Source: the human T2T-CHM13v2.0 reference genome, Homo sapiens. From it: DNA of 64,000 nucleotides. Location of the stretch: the NCBI RefSeq assembly GCF_009914755.1, contig NC_060931.1, one strand, 5' to 3'. Of this stretch, positions 18,582-33,533 are shown piece by piece; positions within the stretch are counted from its first letter, which is position 1; every line of letters begins with the position of its first letter. The notes below the pieces were generated by a model. The model saw only the letters and a program-made list of their open reading frames with translations. It was not told where the DNA came from and ran no database searches. Made by a program: the position numbers and the translations under genes.

Positions 18582-18901
18582 TTTTTATTTACTTTTTTAT
18601 TTTTATTTTTTTTATTTTGAGACAGAATCTCGCTGTGTCTCACCCAGGCTGGAGTACAGTAGCACGACCTTGGCTCACTGCATCCTCTGCCTCCCAGGTT
18701 CAAGCGATTGTCCTGTCTCAGCCTCCTGAGTAGCTGGGATGACAGGCGTGTGCCACCACACCCAGCTAATGTTGTATTTTTAGTAGAGATGGGGTTTCAC
18801 CATGTTGACCAGGGTGGTCTCAAACTCCTGACCTCAGGTGATCTGCCCGCCTCGGCCTCCCAAAGTGCTGGGATTACAGGTGTGAGCTGCCGCGACCGGC
18901 C
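18582..18901 (-). mobile_element. AluS
   Basis: Full dimer; TSD agaatgc. Confidence 0.95.
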
Positions 18902-19480
18902 AGAATGCCTTTTTGCTATCTTCTAACCCCCCTCTGTTCTCCCACGCTGGGCAAATGTCCCTATCTAGGCAAATCCAAACAGCCCCTCACTGTTTATGGA
19001 CCTACCTTTATTTCACAGGCAGGCATTCTAAAATGCTGACTCAATCATTCAACATTTCCTGCTACGTAATGAAAATTTATTCCCCTCAAATTTCCCAGAT
19101 CATTTTTTAACAGTAAGAATTAACTGTTCAGCAAATAAATATTTATGCATATTCCTCCCAACCTCTGCCTCTCTATAAATTATGGAGGGAAATGCCACAA
19201 CAACTTGACAAAGAAAAAAATCTTATAAACAAATTTCATGGCGTAAATATCGCTGAAATAAACATTGACAGGCAGGATCGTAGTAAGGGCTGTTCTTCCT
19301 TGGTTTCTTTTAATAGAATCTCACAAATAATCAAAAGAACAAATATTACTAATGGAACAAAAATGAGTCAGAGGAGCTATTCTTTCCTATGCTTTGTTGA
19401 TAATTCCCACATATACCCCAAAACTCATATCACAGTCATGGACTAATAAAATAAGATGGCCTACAATAAATTTTTCCCTC

Positions 19481-19768
19481 TTTTTTTTTTTTTTTTTTTA
19501 ACCTCTGTCACCCAGGCTGGAGTTCAGTGCTGCAATCATAGCTCGCTGCAGCCTTAAACTTCTGGGCTCAAGTTATCCTCCTGCCTCAGCCTCCCATGTA
19601 GCTGGGACTATAGGTGTGCACCACTATGCCCAGATAATTTTTTTTTTTAGAGATGGAGTCTTGGTATACTGCCCAGGCTGGACTTGAGCTCTTGAGTTGA
19701 AGCAATATCCCTGCCTCTGACTCCTCCCAGAATGCTGGGATTATAGGTGTGAGCCACCGAGCCCAGCC
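19481..19768 (-). mobile_element. AluJ
   Basis: caatcatagctcgctgcagcc...gagccaccgagcccagcc. Confidence 0.9.
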
Positions 19769-19789
19769 CCTTACAAAAATTTAATATGG

Positions 19790-19915
19790 AAGTCCACTGC
19801 TGTGGTGCGCACTTGTACTCCCAGCTGTCTGAGAGGCTAAGGAAGGAGAACTGCTCGGGCTCAGGAGTTTGAGTTCAGTCTGGACAACATAGCAAGACCC
19901 CACCTGTAATAAATA
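19790..19915 (+). mobile_element. FLAM_A-like Alu monomer
   Basis: gtggtgcgcacttgtactcccagc...ggacaacatagcaagacccc; TSD tttaatatgg. Confidence 0.8.
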
Positions 19916-20264
19916 AAGACAAATTAAAAGACTTTAATATGGTTTCAGCCTCTTGCTCGTTTTTGATGTGTGAGTGAAGCGTTGCTAGAGAAAACAGCAA
20001 TGGGGACTGGAGTGTGGTTTACCCAGATGGCGCCGTGTTCTATCACCCCACGATGCAACTACTCAACCCCAGGGGAGGCTGGTGTCAGTGAAGCCAGTGC
20101 TTCTGGGGGTCGGGGGTGTGAGTCTGGGGGACACACTGGAGCAGCCTCCCAAAACTTGGTCTCACACGAATGTAAATTTGCAGTTGTTAATTTTTATGCA
20201 GTGAATGAGGAATTTTCCCGAGTCTCTCAACTATTTCCTATCTGTTGATTGCACAAATGTTTCA

Positions 20265-20728
20265 GCACCTTGGGGAAGACTGAATGATTGGTGTGAATTC
20301 TTCACTCCCTTGTGGTCATCTTGCATGTCCACACCCTGGTCATGGCTTCACAAAGGGCAAGGTATTTCTCCACCATTTGACTTTGAGCTTAGCCATATGT
20401 CATGCTTTGGCTAATGGGATGTTAGCAGGTGAGACGCCAAGATGTAATGTATCTTCATCCAGTTGGGCTTGTGCTCTCACACTTAGGCCACCACCATGAG
20501 AAGAACACGCCTGAGGTATCTAGCTGACCCCAGAAGAATAACAGGCACAGAGGGAAGAGGTGAATGGAACCCAGGCCTGGAGACAGGCTCAACCAAACCC
20601 AGGCTCGATCAGTCACACTCCAGCCAACCAGCAGAGGTGAACCCCAGAAACATGCCTGTCATTGTCTGCCAGTGGGTTTGGAGATGACTTGTTACGCAGC
20701 ATAATTGCAGCACTTGCTGACGAATACA
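20265..20728 (+). mobile_element. MLT1J-like LTR
   Basis: gccatatgtcatgctttggctaatgggatg...ccatgagaagaacacgcc...ttgttacgcagcata...gctgacgaataca. Confidence 0.75.
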
Positions 20729-20942
20729 CGTCTATCATGTGCTCAACAAGGGGTGCAAAGGTGAAAAAGTTTGATAAAAGAAGTTTCCATTGTCTAAAGA
20801 GCTCATAGTTGATTCAAGAGACAGATATGCAAATAAGTGAAAAACACTGAGATAAGTGTTAGAAATGTATGAGCCCAGGGCAGTGGCGACTCCAAGGTGA
20901 AGGGGTATGGTCTGCTCCTCCTGGGAGCCAGAAACCCCTCCT
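20525..20942 (+). repeat. Inverted duplication, left (donor) arm
   Basis: Reverse complement aligns to 23239-23658. Confidence 0.95.
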
Positions 20943-21090
20943 GGGAAGGATGTCTTGAACTGAGAATGAATAGCAGTTCACCAGGCAGCTACAGAGGTGT
21001 GGGGACTATAAGCAAAGGAAAAACGTGTGTGCAACGTTCAGAATCTTCTGGTCATTCAGTCTGGCTGGAGCACAGGGTGTCAGGGGGAGG
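20730..21090 (-). mobile_element. L2 fragment
   Basis: gagctcatagt...gagacagatatgcaaataa...cttgaactgaga...cagtctggctggagcacag. Confidence 0.6.
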
Positions 21091-21839
21091 TCAACTGAGA
21101 AATGGAGCCCAAATTGGGGGCTTGCATCACCCTGCACCTTAGTACAACCACGGCAGCAACCCTCCAAAATTCCCACGCAAAAACCTGATGGAGAAAACCT
21201 GAAAAATGATTAAAGAGGGACTTTGAAGTAGTGAAAGAAAAATTCAACCTGAAAGCAGTGTAATATATAAAATCACAACCTTAGAAAATGCCAGGACCGT
21301 CAGAAGAGACTTGATTTTTAGGCTATGCCTGAGATAGAACAAGGATGAAGGAAGCAGATAATATCATCTAGGCTGACAGGATCTGAACGTCAACAAAGAC
21401 TTGGAGCTGGGGGGAGCCGTCAGAAGGATAAAAAGCTTGCAAGTGGGCTGAGATCTCTGAGATAGAAGAAAATGAAAAACTTTCAGCTGATGAAACTTCA
21501 AGTTCTGTACTCTGTGCAAAAAGTCTCATCCACCACAGCAGAAAGCATGTGAAGTGCTCCTGGGCTCAGGCGGCAAGACTGTGTGCTGTCTGAGCAGAAC
21601 GGCTTGCAGTTCACAGTGTCTGGCACCATTGCCTGGGAAGGGCCTGCGCAGTAAACTCCAAGGCCCTCAGCAGCCAGGCAGGCAGCATAAACACAGGCAG
21701 CGGGCTGAGGTTAAGACAATAGGGGGTGGTGGGGACTGGGGCTAACTGCTGTTGCTCAGCCCTGTTCACCTTTTGGTGAGTAGGTTTCGGGACCCAATCA
21801 TGTTGCATCTTCTGATTGTTTTTGGTGAGGTCAGAATCA

Positions 21840-22519
<680 letters not shown>

Positions 22520-23084
22520 TCCTTCAATTTTAAGACAAATAAACCAGAAATATAACTCATATGTCAAATTCAAGGTCTTGATAGTCCAAACCTACCTACC
22601 TCCTGGCCAGCAGTGGGAAACTTCTGATTTAAATCCTAAGGGAAATGTAAGTGATCGCCTACAGGCTAGGATTCTAAAATTGGCCAGATTTTACCCAGAA
22701 TCCAAAAGTCTCCATTGCTTTAAGGATTGGACCAGGACAGGTTTTTCTGAAACCATGGGAAGAGGCACACAAAAGGCTAGGGAAGTAAACATTAGCAAAC
22801 TTCACAGTCTTTGGGAAGCCTCTATGATAGGTCCTGAGAATAAAATACAGATACGGCAGCCCTAGTTTCCTCCAAATTTGAATTTGTGGGATTTGGGGGT
22901 TTGCAAGCTTTTTTTTGAGAGGGAAAAAAAATCATACAGTGAAATAGAAATGAAATTGCATTTAGGTCTTCATTGACCTGAGGGTTTTCCAATGTATCCG
23001 AATTCATAAGCCCCCTTCACAGTAATATGTAATCGTAGGACCCATCTTAGGAATTTTAACCATATTGCAATTTTTTTCTTGGTA

Positions 23085-23920
23085 TATCTGTCAGTGTTCA
23101 ACTAGGGAAGCAAAACTGCTATGAGTATTATGGGCTAAGGGATTTATTGTAGATGTTAGGTTGTGGGTAGCCTGGGGAAATGAAGGTTGGAAGGCAGAGC
23201 TGAGGGGGTTGGAGAAAATTCACTGAGCAGCCCCCCTTAGGAGGGGTTTCTGGCTCCCAGGAGGAGCAGACCACACCACTCCACCTTGGAGTTGCCACTG
23301 CCCTGGGCTCATACATTTCTAACGCTTATCTCAGTATTTTTCATTTATTTGCATATCTGTCTCTTGAATCAACTATGAGCTGTTTAGACAACGGAAACTT
23401 CTTTTATGAAACTTTTTCACCTTTGCACCCCTTGTTTGAGCACACGATAGACGTGTATTCGTCAGCGAGTGCTGCAATTATGCTGCGTAACAAGTCATCT
23501 CCAAGCCCACTGGCAGACAATGACAGGCATGTTTCTGGGGTTCACCTCTGCTGGTTGGCTGGAGTGTGGCTGATGGAGCCTGGGCTTGGTTGACCTGTCT
23601 CCATGCCTGGATTCACTTCACATCTTCTCTCTGAGCCTGTTATTTTCTCCTGGGGTCACTGGGCAGCACGGGCGGCATGGGCAAGTTGGCTCCTGCAGGG
23701 AAATTTGGGAAGCCAAGCCCAAGCTGGAGTGCAGCAGGCCATGGAGAGGACTGTGGAGCTGCAGCCCTAGTGGTCGCTGTGCCTCTAGACCCACAGCCAA
23801 GGGTCTGCATGTGGAGTCAGTGGGAGGTGCCGGCCGTCAATGGAGCTGAAGGCCTGTGCACCCCCAGGTGGAGTGGGGGTCGGCGGGGACAGCTGGACCC
23901 ACAAGCACGTTAGGTCCATC
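23085..23920 (-). mobile_element. LTR67B-like ERVL LTR interrupted by the inverted copy
   Basis: gtcagtgttcaactagggaagca...aagggatttatt; resumes after 23658 with ctgcagggaaatttgggaagccaagc. Confidence 0.55.
23239..23658 (-). repeat. Inverted duplication, right (inserted) arm
   Basis: aggaggggtttctggctccc...ctggggtca is the reverse complement of 20525-20942. Confidence 0.95.
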
Positions 23921-26059
23921 CTTCCCTTCACCAGACTAGGATGCTCAGGGAATAGTGGTTGCTCTTTCCTCTTCCAAATCCCCTGTGAACTCCTCTTTCC
24001 AGAAACGCTAACCAGAAGCTTATGGGGCAGGGTCCTCTCGGACATGCAGTTTTTGGTCTCAGCGACATTGCGCAGATAATCCCGCCCATCGGTGCATGAT
24101 AAAGCAGGACTTTTCAGTTAAAATGCATCACTTTAAGTCAGTGTCGCTTTGAAATCATATGTGACATAATGCATTATATAGATATTTATTTCATGAGATA
24201 TACCTAAAATGCTGGGGTTTTTGCATTAACTCTGTATGAAAAGCTTGATTCATGGACAAACAAATTAAAACTAAAAAAAAAGAATATTGAGATAGAATTG
24301 AAATTCACCTCTCCGTTATATTCTAAGGATGGACAAAAATTGTCTTGATGTTTGAAATGCTTGAATCTCGAATTTCAAATCAATCCATTGACTTTTTTTT
24401 TTTTTTTACCGGCTGCAAAGTTTTTTAAATAAAATATTGAGAGTTCCAGATTGGGAACATTTTTCTATATTGTGGTAAAATGTAATCACAGAATTTACCA
24501 TTGTAACTATTGTTAAGTGCACAGTTCAGGGTTATTAAGCTCATAGTGGCTGCACCATTTTACATTTCCATCAGCAGTGCACGATCAACTGGTTAATTTT
24601 TTAAAAATAAGTATTGTGTTTTATCTTTAAGTGAAAAGATGAGGGAAGATTTCAAGTTACTGTTTGGTTGCAAATCTTCCCAAATAGCACATGGCAGAGA
24701 CAGTGGGAATAAAGCCTGCATTTGAAAGGATGGAAAGTCAAATTAGATGATTCTCTCAATGTCCTTCCTTCTTGTAACACTAAATTTTAAAATATAAAGA
24801 AATGTCGGCAAGCCATTTTCTATACAATGACTATAATTTAGGGATCTAGTCAAGGGCTGCCGAGAATCGTCTGGAGACAAAGTTGAAAAATCCTTATCTC
24901 TTTTTATTCTCCATTATTTAACTTATATTTAAAATTCAAAGTTTCATATGCTTTTCATCTTTGAACATAGTCTATTCTATACCTGCATTAAAGCAATCGC
25001 TAAAGTAGATGGACATTTAAAAGCAGACAATTAAAGACAATTTAAACCTGCATAATGGGCAAATGCATGCCTTGGTGGCCTGAGTCAGTCAATAAGTGAG
25101 AAAATGCATGGGGAAGAGATGGCCACAGCCACCCATACTCCACCCGCCAGTGGAGGGCTCACCCAGTATACACGTGGAGGCTTTGAAATGGTTCTAATTT
25201 AAGTAATAAAAACATGTAAATAACAAGCTTGATACAGGCTTTTTTTTTTAAACTGAAATGGAAATATGAGCTATAATCATTTTTAGCCATTTCAGTAACC
25301 CCAGGACATATGTTTGAACACCTGTGGGTTTATGGAAACTAGGTTGGAAATGCTGATTTAATCTTAAAGCCTGGTCCATAAAAATGATGCCAAGACTGCT
25401 CTGGAACAATCCTTAAACTTAGAACATTCTTTCTTCTACAGAATCAGGTGAAAGGAAAGGTTGGGAGGACCTCCTGTTCTCAGGAAGGGGTGGGCAGGAG
25501 AGCATTTTGAAGATTCTGAAAGAGTGTCTGGTCCCAGGAGGCAGGGAGCATGAGGGAGACCCTTGCATGCTCCAGGAGGTCTTGAAAAGAGAAGCACAGG
25601 CCATGAACCCAGAAGGTGCTTTTCTGAGCAGAAGTGATGGAGTGGCCTGCCTTGTCATTTTAGGTAATGCAAAAGCAACTCAAAATGAGCTAAACCCAAT
25701 TTCCAGGGGGAGAAAACAATCTGTGAATTCCCTGCTTTCTTGCACCACGCTGGGATAGCTGCAGTGTAGAAAGGAGGCCTGGAACATCTCATGATCATCT
25801 TGGCTGACCTGAGAATCAAGCTCTGGCACACTTTGCCTGTGAGTTAACTCAACAGATGTTCCTGAGCCACTCCACCTCTGCCTCCACTCCAGATGCTGAA
25901 AAATCCTCCATTTCCCCAACTCCCTTGCAGCTAGGATTTGCCCTGGAGCACAGTTCTTGCCAAAGAGAGGCAAGCAAATCCTACTGTAAGCTTCTGGCAG
26001 AGGTCTTGTTTTTCCTGCATAAATATATAAAAAAGATGTACCTGACTACTCTTTCTTCT

Positions 26060-26192
26060 TCTTTTTTTGTTTTTTGTAAAGACAGAGTCTCGCTATGTTG
26101 CTCAGGCTGGTCTTGAATTCCAGGCCTCAATTAATCCTCCCGCCTGTCTCTCGGGTAGCTTGGACTACAGGTGTGCACCACCAGGCCCAGCT
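26060..26192 (-). mobile_element. FLAM-like Alu monomer
   Basis: gacagagtctcgctatgttgctcaggctggtcttgaa...actacaggtgtgcaccacc. Confidence 0.8.
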
Positions 26193-26229
26193 AGCTTTTG
26201 GAATCTTTGTAGAGATGGGGTTGCCCAGG

Positions 26230-26419
26230 CCATCTCTTCTTTTTATGAAGACACCGGTCAGATTAGATTAGGGTCCACTCCCACAGACTCATTTGAACTT
26301 AGTCACCTCTTTAAAAGCCCTGTCTCCAAATACAGTCACAATCTGAGGTACTGGGACAGGGTGGGGGCATTAGGGCTTCAACATAGGAATTTGAGTGGGG
26401 CAGAATTAAGCCCGTAACA
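26230..26419 (-). mobile_element. MLT1 LTR fragment
   Basis: gattagggtccac...tctccaaatacagtcaca...tagggcttcaacatag. Confidence 0.8.
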
Positions 26420-26429
26420 ATCTCCCAGC

Positions 26430-27232
<803 letters not shown>

Positions 27233-28379
27233 ACTTGATCCCCGTTCAGTCTGGAGGGGAAGCATTGCACTGACTTTCAGCTTGTTAATTGTATTGTTTC
27301 CTTCCTCCTCAAGGTCATCCTCTTCATCACCGGGTAGCCTGGGTGTCCAGATGTTTTCCTAACTATCTAATGGAGTTTGCAAAGCTTTCTCTAAAACCAT
27401 TAATGTACAGGTTGTTTCTTCAGAAGAGAGACCACCAAATAAAGAAAGGATTTAATTCTGGACATCTTGGAAATTGTTTCTTGAGCTCATTCTATGAATA
27501 TATCAACTTGTTACTAAGATTAAAATATTCTCCATCCATATAGTGCTTCTTTCAAATGAAAGAAATATAAAGCACATGATATAATTTGAGCAAAAAAAAA
27601 AAAGAAAAAGAAACATTGCATTTGATTAAATAATCCATAACCAAGCCCTGCTTTGCATGGAGCACTCCTAAGTAAGATTTTTCAGAGTCTTAGCACTTTT
27701 GCCTCTGAGCCCTCATGGCAAGTCTCCTCAATTTATCAGGACAACAATCCAGAAAGGCAGTTATTATTATACCTGTCTTGAGTTGTCCCTAAAGCAAATA
27801 TTGAGACAGGATTTGGGTGCAAGCATTTTATTTGTGAGTGTTCCCAGCAAGGAAATGAACTGAGATGAGAAAGGGAGGAAATGAATAAAAGGTGTGATTG
27901 CATAAAGGCCACCGTGATGGACAACCAGGGCTTAATCCTACTGAAAACTCTATGAAACACTGTGTGGAACAGTCAGAATTTCCTTCCCCATAAGGAGCGA
28001 GAGAGCGGGGGATATTTCTCCATCAGCTCCCTTTCTGCATTGATTGGAGGTGTCTTTTGGGCCGTTCTCTCCTTGGTGCTTCTAGTCTGGCCTGTGTGCA
28101 TAGGCTAAGGATGTTCCTATAGACCAGAGAATGAACTCAGGCAGAGGCACAGGAAGCTGCAGGTGTCTAAGAACCACCTGCAGGTGAACTCTGGGAGGGG
28201 CCCAGGTGTCAGAGTCATATGAATCAGAGAGACTTCACCTTAAATAGGGTCTGGGTAAAATAAGGCTGAGACCTACTGGGCTGCATTCCCAGGAGGGTAG
28301 GAATTCTTAGTCACAGGATGAGATAGAAGGTCAACACAAGGTACAGGTTACAAAAACCTTGCTGATTAAACAGAATGCA

Positions 28380-28742
<363 letters not shown>

Positions 28743-28759
28743 TTATTATAATGCATTAG

Positions 28760-29125
28760 TGACATGGTTTGGCTCAGTGTCCCCACCCAAATCTCATCTT
28801 GTAGCTCCCATAATTCCCACCTATGGTGGGAGAGACCCCATGGGATATTATTGAATTATGGGGGTGGGTCTTCCCCATGCTGTTCTTGTGACAGTGAATA
28901 AATCTCAGGAGATCCAATGGTTTTAAAAATGGGTATTTTTCTGAACAAGCTCTCTGTTTGCCTGCTGCCATCCATGTAAGACATGACTTGTTCCTCCTTG
29001 CCTTCCACCATGATTGTGAGGCCTCCACAACCGTGTAGAACTCTAAGTCCATTAAACCTCTTTCTTTAGTAAATTGCCGAGTCTTGGGTATGTCTTTATG
29101 AGCAGCGTGAAAACAGACTAATACA
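28760..29125 (+). mobile_element. THE1B/C solo LTR
   Basis: tgacatggtttggc...aaaacagactaataca; perfect TSD attag at 28755-28759 and 29126-29130. Confidence 0.95.
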
Positions 29126-29231
29126 ATTAGCACGTTAAAAGACACTCCCACCAGCCCCATGACAGTTTACAAATGCCATGGCAACGTCAAGAAGTTACCC
29201 TATATGGTCTAAAAAGGGGAGGAACCCTCAG

Positions 29232-29240
29232 TTCCAGGAA
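29232..29240 (+). promoter_or_regulatory. GAS (STAT1-type) motif TTCCAGGAA in MER41
   Basis: Exact TTCN3GAA at the position of the MER41 GAS pair; activity not shown. Confidence 0.5.
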
Positions 29241-29565
29241 TAGCCCGCTCCTTTTCTGGAAACCTCACCAATAATCCACCCCTTGTTTAGCATATAATCA
29301 AGAAATACCATAAAAATGGGCAAGCAGCAGCCACACTGCTCTGTCTATGGAGTGGACATTCTTTCATTTCTTTACTTTCTTAATAAACTTGCTTTCACTT
29401 TATGGATTTGTCTCAAATTCTTACTTGCATGAGATCCAAGAACCCTTTCTTGGTGTCCAGTCACAAAGGGATGGAGTGAGCAGTGACTGCTATAGACCCC
29501 ATTTTATAGATGAAACGCGGGAAGCAATGTACACAAGGTTACCCAACAGAAACTGGGAGGGATGA

Positions 29566-30221
29566 TGTACTCGATGTCCTTTGCCGTGCAACAGACTATC
29601 CCAAAACCTTCCAAAACCTAGCATCTTCAAGCATTTATTGTCTCACACAGTTTCTATGGATCGTGAATCTGGGAGCAGTTTAGCTGGATTTTCTGGCGTG
29701 GGGTCTCTCGTGAGTTGCAGTCAACTAGTTGGTGAGGTCTAAGATCATCTGAAGATTTAACTGCATTGAAGATTGGCTTCCAAGCCCACACCTGTGACTG
29801 TTGTTCCTTCCCAAGCCCAGCAGGGTGGCATGCACCTGTAGACCAAGCTACTTGGGAGGTTGAAGAAGGAGGATGGCTTGAGCCCAGGAGTTCGAGGCTG
29901 CAGTGAGCTATGATTACACCACTGCACCCTAGCCTGGGTGACAGAGTGAGACCCTGTCTCAAAAAATAATAATAATAAAAGAGCTATTTATGGCACAGCA
30001 CCTGGCTTTCCCCAGAAGGACTGATCTGAGAGAAAGGCAAAATAAGATAGAATCAGCAGTGTCTTTTATAGCCCAATCTCAAAAGTGACCTATGATCAAT
30101 GCTGCTATGTTCTACTGGTCACCCAGACCACCCCTAGTATATTATGTGGAAGAGATAAAACAAGGGTGTGGACATCAGCAGGGAATTCATTGGGTTGACG
30201 TCTTGGAGGCTGGCTGCTACA
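29566..30221 (-). mobile_element. MLT1F-like LTR
   Basis: gaatctgggagcagtttagctgg...ctggctttccccaga...tcttggaggctggctgctaca. Confidence 0.8.
29815..29980 (+). mobile_element. FRAM/AluJ right arm
   Basis: ggtggcatgcacctgtag...gcttgagcccaggagttcgaggctgcag...gagaccctgtctc. Confidence 0.85.
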
Positions 30222-30979
30222 TATAGAATTTTTTGGTTTTGTAGATAGAATTTGAACTCAAATTTTCCTGGCTTCTTTGACCGTATTCTTTTTGTTACAC
30301 ATAGTCCATATTCATTCCTGTTTTGCAGAGTCCTCTTTCCTTTCCACCTCCCCCACTGGCTCTAACTAGCTGGACTTGCATGTGCAGAGTTGGGGTCTGC
30401 AGTGGAAATAACAGGAGTGGGAGCCAGAGGATTTGTCTAAGACTACGGCATGAGACCGGGCTCAGGGATGGTGTGCAGATCCTTCTCCCTCAGCCCCTCA
30501 ATCCCACACTGAGCCACAGCTGCAATGTGCCTGGGGTGTCGTTGAGGGAGGGCTCTTGACACGAGGAGTTCCTCTATTGGAAGGGTTCAGAGCTGGAGAT
30601 GGAGCTTCTGGGAATCCTGGAGGTCTCTTATGAGTCTGACTCTTCCAAATCCCTCTTCCAATAAATTCCAAAAAAACTCACAGGGACTCTGAGGTTCTCA
30701 GCTCCCACCTTTACCAGAGCCACAGACTAGTGAATCTCAAGACTGGACTGTGTTCAGCCCCATGTGTCCATCACTAAGGGCAGTCTATTACAGCCTTGCT
30801 AGTTTTTGAGTAACTATTTGTAGGGTTAGGCAAACATTGTCAAACCTCAAAATTGTAATTCAAAAAAATAAAATATAATTGTATTTCACTAAACTTAGTT
30901 TCTATTCAAACCCTGTTCCATCAGATAGTACAAAATATACCCTAGTCATATTATGGGTGTCTGTTATCATTTCAGGCTT

Positions 30980-31497
30980 TGCTTCAGTTTTCTATTGCTA
31001 TGTAACAAATCAATCCAAAACTTAAAGACTTTAAAACATTTATTTATTCTCATGGTTTCTGTGGGTCATGAATTCAGGAGGAGCCTGGCTGGGTGGTCTG
31101 GCTCCAGGCCATAAAACCAGGTCATGGGTGGACCTGGAACAGCATACATTAGGTGGGGACTGGAGAAACTGGACCCAGCATCTCTCTCACTCCACGTAGT
31201 CTCATGGCCTTTCCAAGTGAGATAGTTGAGCTTCCTGGAAGCATGGTGGCTCCAGAGCAATCAGACTGCCTTGCATGGTGCTGAAGGCTTCAAGATCAAG
31301 TATTCCAGTAAACAAGGAGGAAGCTGCATCATCTTCTATGCACTATGACCTAGCCTTGGAAGTCACGCAGGGTCACTTCTGCTGCATTATTTTGGTTGCA
31401 AGCAAAATGAAGCCCACTCAGATTCAAGGGCAGGGGAGGAGGAGACTTAGACTCATGTCACTCTGGGAAATAGGCAAGGTTCTAGAAGAGCACGTGC
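30980..31497 (-). mobile_element. MLT1G/H-like LTR
   Basis: ctattgctatgtaacaaa...ggaagctgcatc...gacctagccttggaagtcac...cagattcaaggg. Confidence 0.75.
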
Positions 31498-32139
31498 AAG
31501 TCTCTGTGACCTCTGTGTTCCCACCAGATCTCTGAGCTCACAGATCTCTTTACCACCATCTTCATCCTACCTCCTACAAAGGAAACCCTGGCTGACCTAG
31601 CTTCTACTCAGGGTCCATGAGAGGAACAGTGGGGCTGCCTCAGACCTTTCTGCCCCTGTAGCCTGCTCAGGCATCTCTATTGTTCTGTCCCCCTACCTTG
31701 ATGGTGGAAGAAACTCCTCCCAGACTGGAAGGGGTACATGTATCCCCCTGCCTCTCAGATTTGTATCTTTTTGGAATATCCCATAGTTGTTGGCCGCCCT
31801 CCCTTAAGCCTTCTCGTTCACCTGCTTGTGTGGGATACAGGATACAGAACTCTCACTAGTATCTAAATGTCTGCTGTTTCCAATTGTCTTCTCATCCACA
31901 AATTCAGAGATAATTTATTTCCTCTGCAGTGACATGAACTTTGGAGATACTGACTTCACAATATTTCTGCCAAATCCCCCTGTCTTATATCTAGCCCTTA
32001 GCTCTTCAAAACTAAAAATGCAATGATTTGATTTGATGTTCCAGTCTCCCCTGGGCCAGAAGCTGCAGGGGATAGGGGAACTCATGTTAAAAGTGGCAAC
32101 ATTCAGGGACTAACAGAAAGAAAAAAGAACATGTTAACC

Positions 32140-32275
32140 AATATCCTTCACAATGTCACCCTGAAACATGGGTGACCTCATTTACTTCTTACTAAATAGT
32201 TACCATCCCTACTGTACACAGGAGGAAATGGATTTAGTGAGAGGTGAAGTGACTTGCTCAGGGTCCCAGGTAGCA
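32140..32275 (-). mobile_element. MIR hosting the 35-bp array (resumes ~33534-33565)
   Basis: gaggaaatggatttagtgagaggtgaagtgacttgctcagggtc matches the MIR core. Confidence 0.7.
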
Positions 32276-33533
32276 TAGTATCTAGGTTCAACCAGAGTAC
32301 TCAGTGGTTGTAGTATCTGAGTCCAACAGGAGTACCCATTGGTTGTGGTATCTGAGTCCAACAGGAATACTCAGTGGATGTAGTATCGGAGTCCAACCAG
32401 AGTAATCACTGGATGTAGTATCTAGGTCCAACCAGAGTACCCATTGGTTGTAGTATCTGCGTCCAATAGGAATACTCAGTGGAGGTAGTGTCGGAGTCCA
32501 GTGGGAATACTCCGTGGTTGTAGTATCTGAATCCAGCCAGAGTACTCAGCGGTTGTAATATCTGAGTCCAACAGGAGTACCCACTGGTTGTAGTATCTGA
32601 GTTCAACGGGAATACTCAGTGGATGTAGTAGTATCAGAGTCCAACGGGAATACTCAGTGGTTGTAGTATCTGAATCCAGCCAGAGTACTCAGCAGTTGTA
32701 GTATTTGAGTCCAACAGGAGTACCCACTGGTTGTAGTATCTGAGTCCAGTCAGAGTACTCAGCAGGTGTAGTATCTGAGTCCAACAGGCGTACCCATTGG
32801 TTGTAGTGTCTGAGTCCAACCAGAGTACTTCAGTGGTTGTAGTATCTGAGTCCAGTCCAGCCAGCGTACTCAGTGGTTTTAGTATCTGAGTCCATCAGGA
32901 GTACCCACTGGTTGTAGTATCTGAGTCCAGCCAGAGTACTCAGCAGATGTAGTATCTGTGTCCAACAGGAGTACCCACTGGTTGTAGTGTCCAAGTCCAA
33001 CAGGAGTACCCACTGGGTGTAGTGTCTGAGTCCAGCCAGAGTACTTCAGTGGTTGTAGTATCTGAGTCCAACAGGAGTACCCATTGGTTATAGTGTCTGA
33101 GTCCAACCAGAGTACTTAGTGGTTGTAGTATCTGAGTCCAACAGGAATACCTAGTGGTTGTAGTATCTGAGTCCAGCCAGAGTACTCAGTGGTTGTAGTA
33201 TCTGAGTCCAACAGGAGTACCTCTTTCTTGGTTGTAGTATCTGAGTCCAACCAAGTACTCAGCGGTTATAGTATGTGAGTCCAACTGGAGTACTCAGTGG
33301 ATGTAGTATCTGAGTCCAACTGGAGTACCCATTGGTTGCAGTATCTGAGTCCAACAGGAGTACCCATTGGTTGTAGTATCTGAGTCCAACCAGAGTACCT
33401 AGTGGCTGTAGTATCTGACTTCAACAGGAGTACTCAGTGGATGTAGTCTCTGAGTCCAACAGGAGTACTTACTTAGTGGTTGTACTATCTGAGTCCGAAA
33501 GGAGTACCCGTCGGTTGTAGTATCTCAGTCCAA
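32276..33533 (+). repeat. 35-bp minisatellite (VNTR), ~36 copies
   Basis: Unit tagtatctgagtccaacaggagtacccattggttg and variants at 32276, 32311, 32346, 32381 and onward. Confidence 0.98.

Noticed and set aside
32276-33533. CRISPR-like appearance of the 35-bp array and its short minus-strand ORFs
   Set aside because: Units are contiguous with no unique spacers, there are no cas genes and the context is primate; the ORFs are repeat translations broken by stops.
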